Below are positions 60,858-64,000 of a DNA stretch of 64,000 bases, piece by piece. A program made the position numbers and the translations under genes. Origin of the DNA: Amoebophrya sp. A120 (taxonomy: Eukaryota; Protista; Dinoflagellata); the NCBI GenBank assembly GCA_905178155.1, contig CAJINV010000003.1, positions 5,857,985 to 5,921,984 of the forward strand. Reading direction: 5' to 3'. The notes beneath the pieces were generated by a model. It saw only the letters and a program-made list of their open reading frames with translations. It had not been told where the DNA came from and did not search any database. How positions within the stretch are numbered: position 1 is the stretch's first letter; the number at the start of each line of letters is the position of its first letter.

Positions 60858-61848
60858 CTAGTCCCGCAGCGGCGGTTGCGCATCGAGCATGAGGGCGTCT
60901 CCACCGGGGGAGTCGTTTTCCAACATACCGGCCTGCTGTAACTGTTCATGTACGCCTGATGAGCCCGCGGCCGGATCGGCCACACGCTCCATCGGAGTGA
61001 CAGCATGTTCTTGCAGAAACTCCAGCGGGATCACGCTGAGAGCCCACTCTGCCGTGGACTCTAGGTAGACCTGTGATCAATTTTTCGACAGATTAGATTT
61101 AGATTAAAATCATACTTGCGTTCTTCATGCCAACATCATACCGGACAAATTGAAAAAAACCTAAATCGATCATGATGTTGATGTTCTAGTACCTTGTAGA
61201 AGTGCTACAGAAGCACTAAACAAGGCTTAATACCTGTGGGGCCTTTCCGTTTTTGTAGGCTTCCAACCACCGCGTCGCGCAAATGCACCAGTGGTCACCT
61301 TCTTGCAAACCCCAGAAGTGCGGCGGTCGCGCGTCCCGGAGATTATTTCCTCGGGCCGCTGAGAAGTCCAAGAAACCCGTGGTCATCTTTGCGCACACAA
61401 CGTGCAATCCTGCGAATAATTCATTATGGTTTTTCTACTTGTTACACAACATCAAGTACGGAACTTCTGGAATCGAAAAGAAGTACTACAGGAGCTTTCG
61501 TGCCTAGTGGGCGGAGCTCTTACGACCTCGTGAGTATCTACTTATGCGTACTCGGTCAGTAGTAGAAAAGTGATTTGTGGTCCTACTCGCTGCCCTCCCA
61601 CAGTCCCTGCTGATGAGCTGACAAAGTAGAGAAGCGCGTGTACTTCTTTCCATCTTATAGATACCTCGATCGTTCGCATGTGTTCCGCAGTAGCCGTCGC
61701 GGTGCCAGCCTGATACTTTCTGTGAATCGTGCTCGCAGCAGGGCAACAACTGGGTTCCTACAACATTCCGCTCCCCCCTGTATTTGTCGGCGAGTCCTCG
61801 ACGGACCTCCTCGCGCGTGGGCTGTCTCTTCTGGGTGGCGATTGGCAT
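60858..61848 (-). CDS. DUF2237 family protein; exons 61848-61665, 61409-61234, 61070-60858
   Basis: NVVG..L.PC...GWHRDGYC.T...DRG|LHVVCA..T..FL.FS...GNNL...GDHWCICATRWLEA...G.AP.V.LEST. GT-AG introns 61410-61664 and 61071-61233. Confidence 0.9.
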
Positions 61849-63541
61849 AATGAATGTGGTCTACTTCAACTTACAACTTCTTCGACGAAATATCTTACTT
61901 CACAATGATTTCTGAAAGAGGATTGCAGTAAAAAAGGTCTATCAAATTCCTGTATAAGTCAATGCGAAACATTACCACTCGCGTTACTACTTTTTCTAAT
62001 GTTGTTTTTGGAAAGACGGGCTTCGATTGTCGTAAAAGTGGTTGCGAACAGCATGGAAAATGTGGTAAAAAGAGTAAGAAAACATTCGATCTCAAAATTT
62101 AGCTTTACATCTAGAGAAATCTATAGCGTTGGTTGAATCTATAGCGTTTTTATTAAACACGGTTGAAACAATTGCACCGTGCCCACGGCGTGTGGGAGTC
62201 CTCGTTTGGACCTTTTTCTGAGAGAACTGAGAGCCGGGAATTTTTTGAAACTCCATCACAAAGCATGATGGTTGTCCAACTCCGCGTTCTCTCTTGGTCG
62301 TCTCCGTGTTGAAGTCCCTTCGGCACCAGTTTATTGCTGTCATCGGGTTTGCAGCTTCCACCCGAACCCGCTTCACCCACTGGCTTTGGACAGCTTCCGA
62401 GTGCAGCCATCTTCTTGGGATCCAGCCAGCAGCGCGACAAAAGGAAACAACCAGTGACCCAGAGCAGGCCGACATAGTCTGGGTAACCACAAGAAGGAAG
62501 CCCGGGGTCTGTTACTGGTGATTTTGCTTTTTGCAGTTGTCGCGAGCGATCTGCTGCGTGGGAGGGTCGCCAGTTCTGGAAAGTGATACGACGGTGACAC
62601 GACCACCGTGCCACCGGAGGATAACTCGCTGCTCTAGCCCTCCGGCCGGGCCCTGGAAGTAGAGACTACCTGCTGCTGCCGACGAACGGCGTTTGCCGTC
62701 CCCCCCACTGGCCGGAAGACGCTAAAAGACAATAAGGATCCGGCGTCCCGCGTAGCAAGTGAACCGATCCCGACCGTCATAGTCCAGGGGTCCCCGACAA
62801 AGGCTCCTGGGGTCGGGATTCGGCGATTTAAGACTACGCAAGCCCGGTCCTTGTTCGTCTCCAGCCAGGAGCGGACAGTGGAATTATCCTCTTACAAAGA
62901 GGATTTTTACTAGCCCGGAACCGCGTGCCGTCGTGTCTGAAGACGAACAACCGTCCCGGAGGAGCGGAATCTGTGCAGGGCCAGCTCGTAGCTTAACCCT
63001 CTAGATCCTGCAGTACTATCGTGCTGAACTGCCGGGCACCTGCGTCGCCACCGTGCCCCACATTTCCACCGGAGGCCCAAACCGGTGGCGAAGACGACAC
63101 TTACCGTTCCCTCCGCTGTCCAGAAGACAATAAAATACAGCAACAGTTCCGAGGAAGGAGCAGCAGCGAAACGAAGAGGCGTGACCACCCGACGCACATC
63201 CACCCTTGCCGTCCTCCTGCCATAGCTGGTCGTCATAGTCCGTGCGGCCCCGACAAGGACGCTCGGGATCAGCGGGCTGGAGTACGCGCTACTGTCTTGA
63301 AGATCGAGGTGGTGAGCCGTAGTCGTGTGTGTTCACACTTTCTAGTCTCGTGCAGAACCCCCAAACAAAAAGATCCCAAAAAAGTAAAAGACGGCATCAG
63401 GGACAGTATACAGCTAGCCGCAAAAACAAAAGACCTCAAAAAAGTAAAAGAGTGGCAAGAGGCAACACAGAAATAGCCACCGGGGGTTCTGCTTTTCTCC
63501 GTTTTTCCTTTGCCAATATTGTCGCTGCGTCTCGCGATGAT

Positions 63542-64000
63542 ATGCTGCGCCGCCGGAGCCCGACAGCGATAGAGGAGCTCCTGCGGACAGGTGTGATCAC
63601 AGAACGCGAGGCGAAGGAATACCGCGAGAACACGGAGGAAACGAAGCAGCACCTAACCAGCCTGCACCACCTCCCGCTCCTCATCCCCTTCACAAGCAAC
63701 TATACCGCGTTGATAAAGGTTGAACGCGACCACGACAACCTAGCGCAGGAAACAGAGGAGAGACGCGGGTGGCTCCGGTCCAAGGAGACATCACAGCAGC
63801 ACTTCGCAGCGTCCCGAGGGGATTTCGCGCTCTTTGTCTACGAGTACTGCCCCTGCAACCTCATCGTGGAACTGACGAGGAACAGAGCGCCCGCTCAGGC
63901 CCTTGCCACGACAGAGTCACTACCGCTGTCAGTGCGCGACCTCTTGTGCTCCACCCAGCACGACAGTAGCGCGTTTCTGCAGGTTGAGCGGGTTGCCTAC
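63542..64000 (+). CDS. Partial ORF running off the window end (unknown; possibly transposon-encoded)
   Basis: Frame is open from 63323 to the end. From ATG 63542 it reads MLRRRSPTAIEELLRTG...FLQVERVAY. It is absent from the ORF track because it has no stop. Confidence 0.45.
   Translation, partial: MLRRRSPTAIEELLRTGVITEREAKEYRENTEETKQHLTSLHHLPLLIPFTSNYTALIKVERDHDNLAQETEERRGWLRSKETSQQHFAASRGDFALFVYEYCPCNLIVELTRNRAPAQALATTESLPLSVRDLLCSTQHDSSAFLQVERVAY

Noticed and set aside
1-64000. Prokaryotic operons, CRISPR array, rRNA/tRNA genes
   Set aside because: Genes are interrupted by spliceosomal-type introns and encode eukaryotic proteins. No repeat-spacer array or recognisable structural RNA was seen.

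Overview
Eukaryotic, intron-containing DNA with about 15 protein-coding genes in two unidirectional blocks. The + strand block runs ~0.85-22.7 kb (AFG1-type ATPase, sphingomyelin/IPC synthase-like, bacterial-type dipeptidyl peptidase IV, SGNH hydrolase, TMEM65). The - strand block runs ~25.3-61.8 kb (F-box/LRR protein, a ~2,000-aa pseudo-exonuclease/prion-like protein, a cupredoxin surface protein, VPS54, DUF2237). The blocks converge on an AT-rich island. The most notable system is a set of about 10 intron-generating, MITE-like elements (introners) of 211-582 bp. They have TAT...ATA termini, terminal inverted repeats (TIRs), 5-bp target-site duplications (TSDs) and a shared internal GCAT(C/G)ACA motif, and they sit inside exons. 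Removing an element plus one TSD restores the reading frame, including conserved VPS54 motifs, usually without GT-AG ends. One family occurs in both orientations relative to transcription. One copy has gained GT-AG ends from its TSD and lost its terminal TA. This architecture resembles the non-canonical introners reported for the parasitic dinoflagellate Amoebophrya (Syndiniales); the organism assignment is inference. All gene models were built by hand without transcript data.
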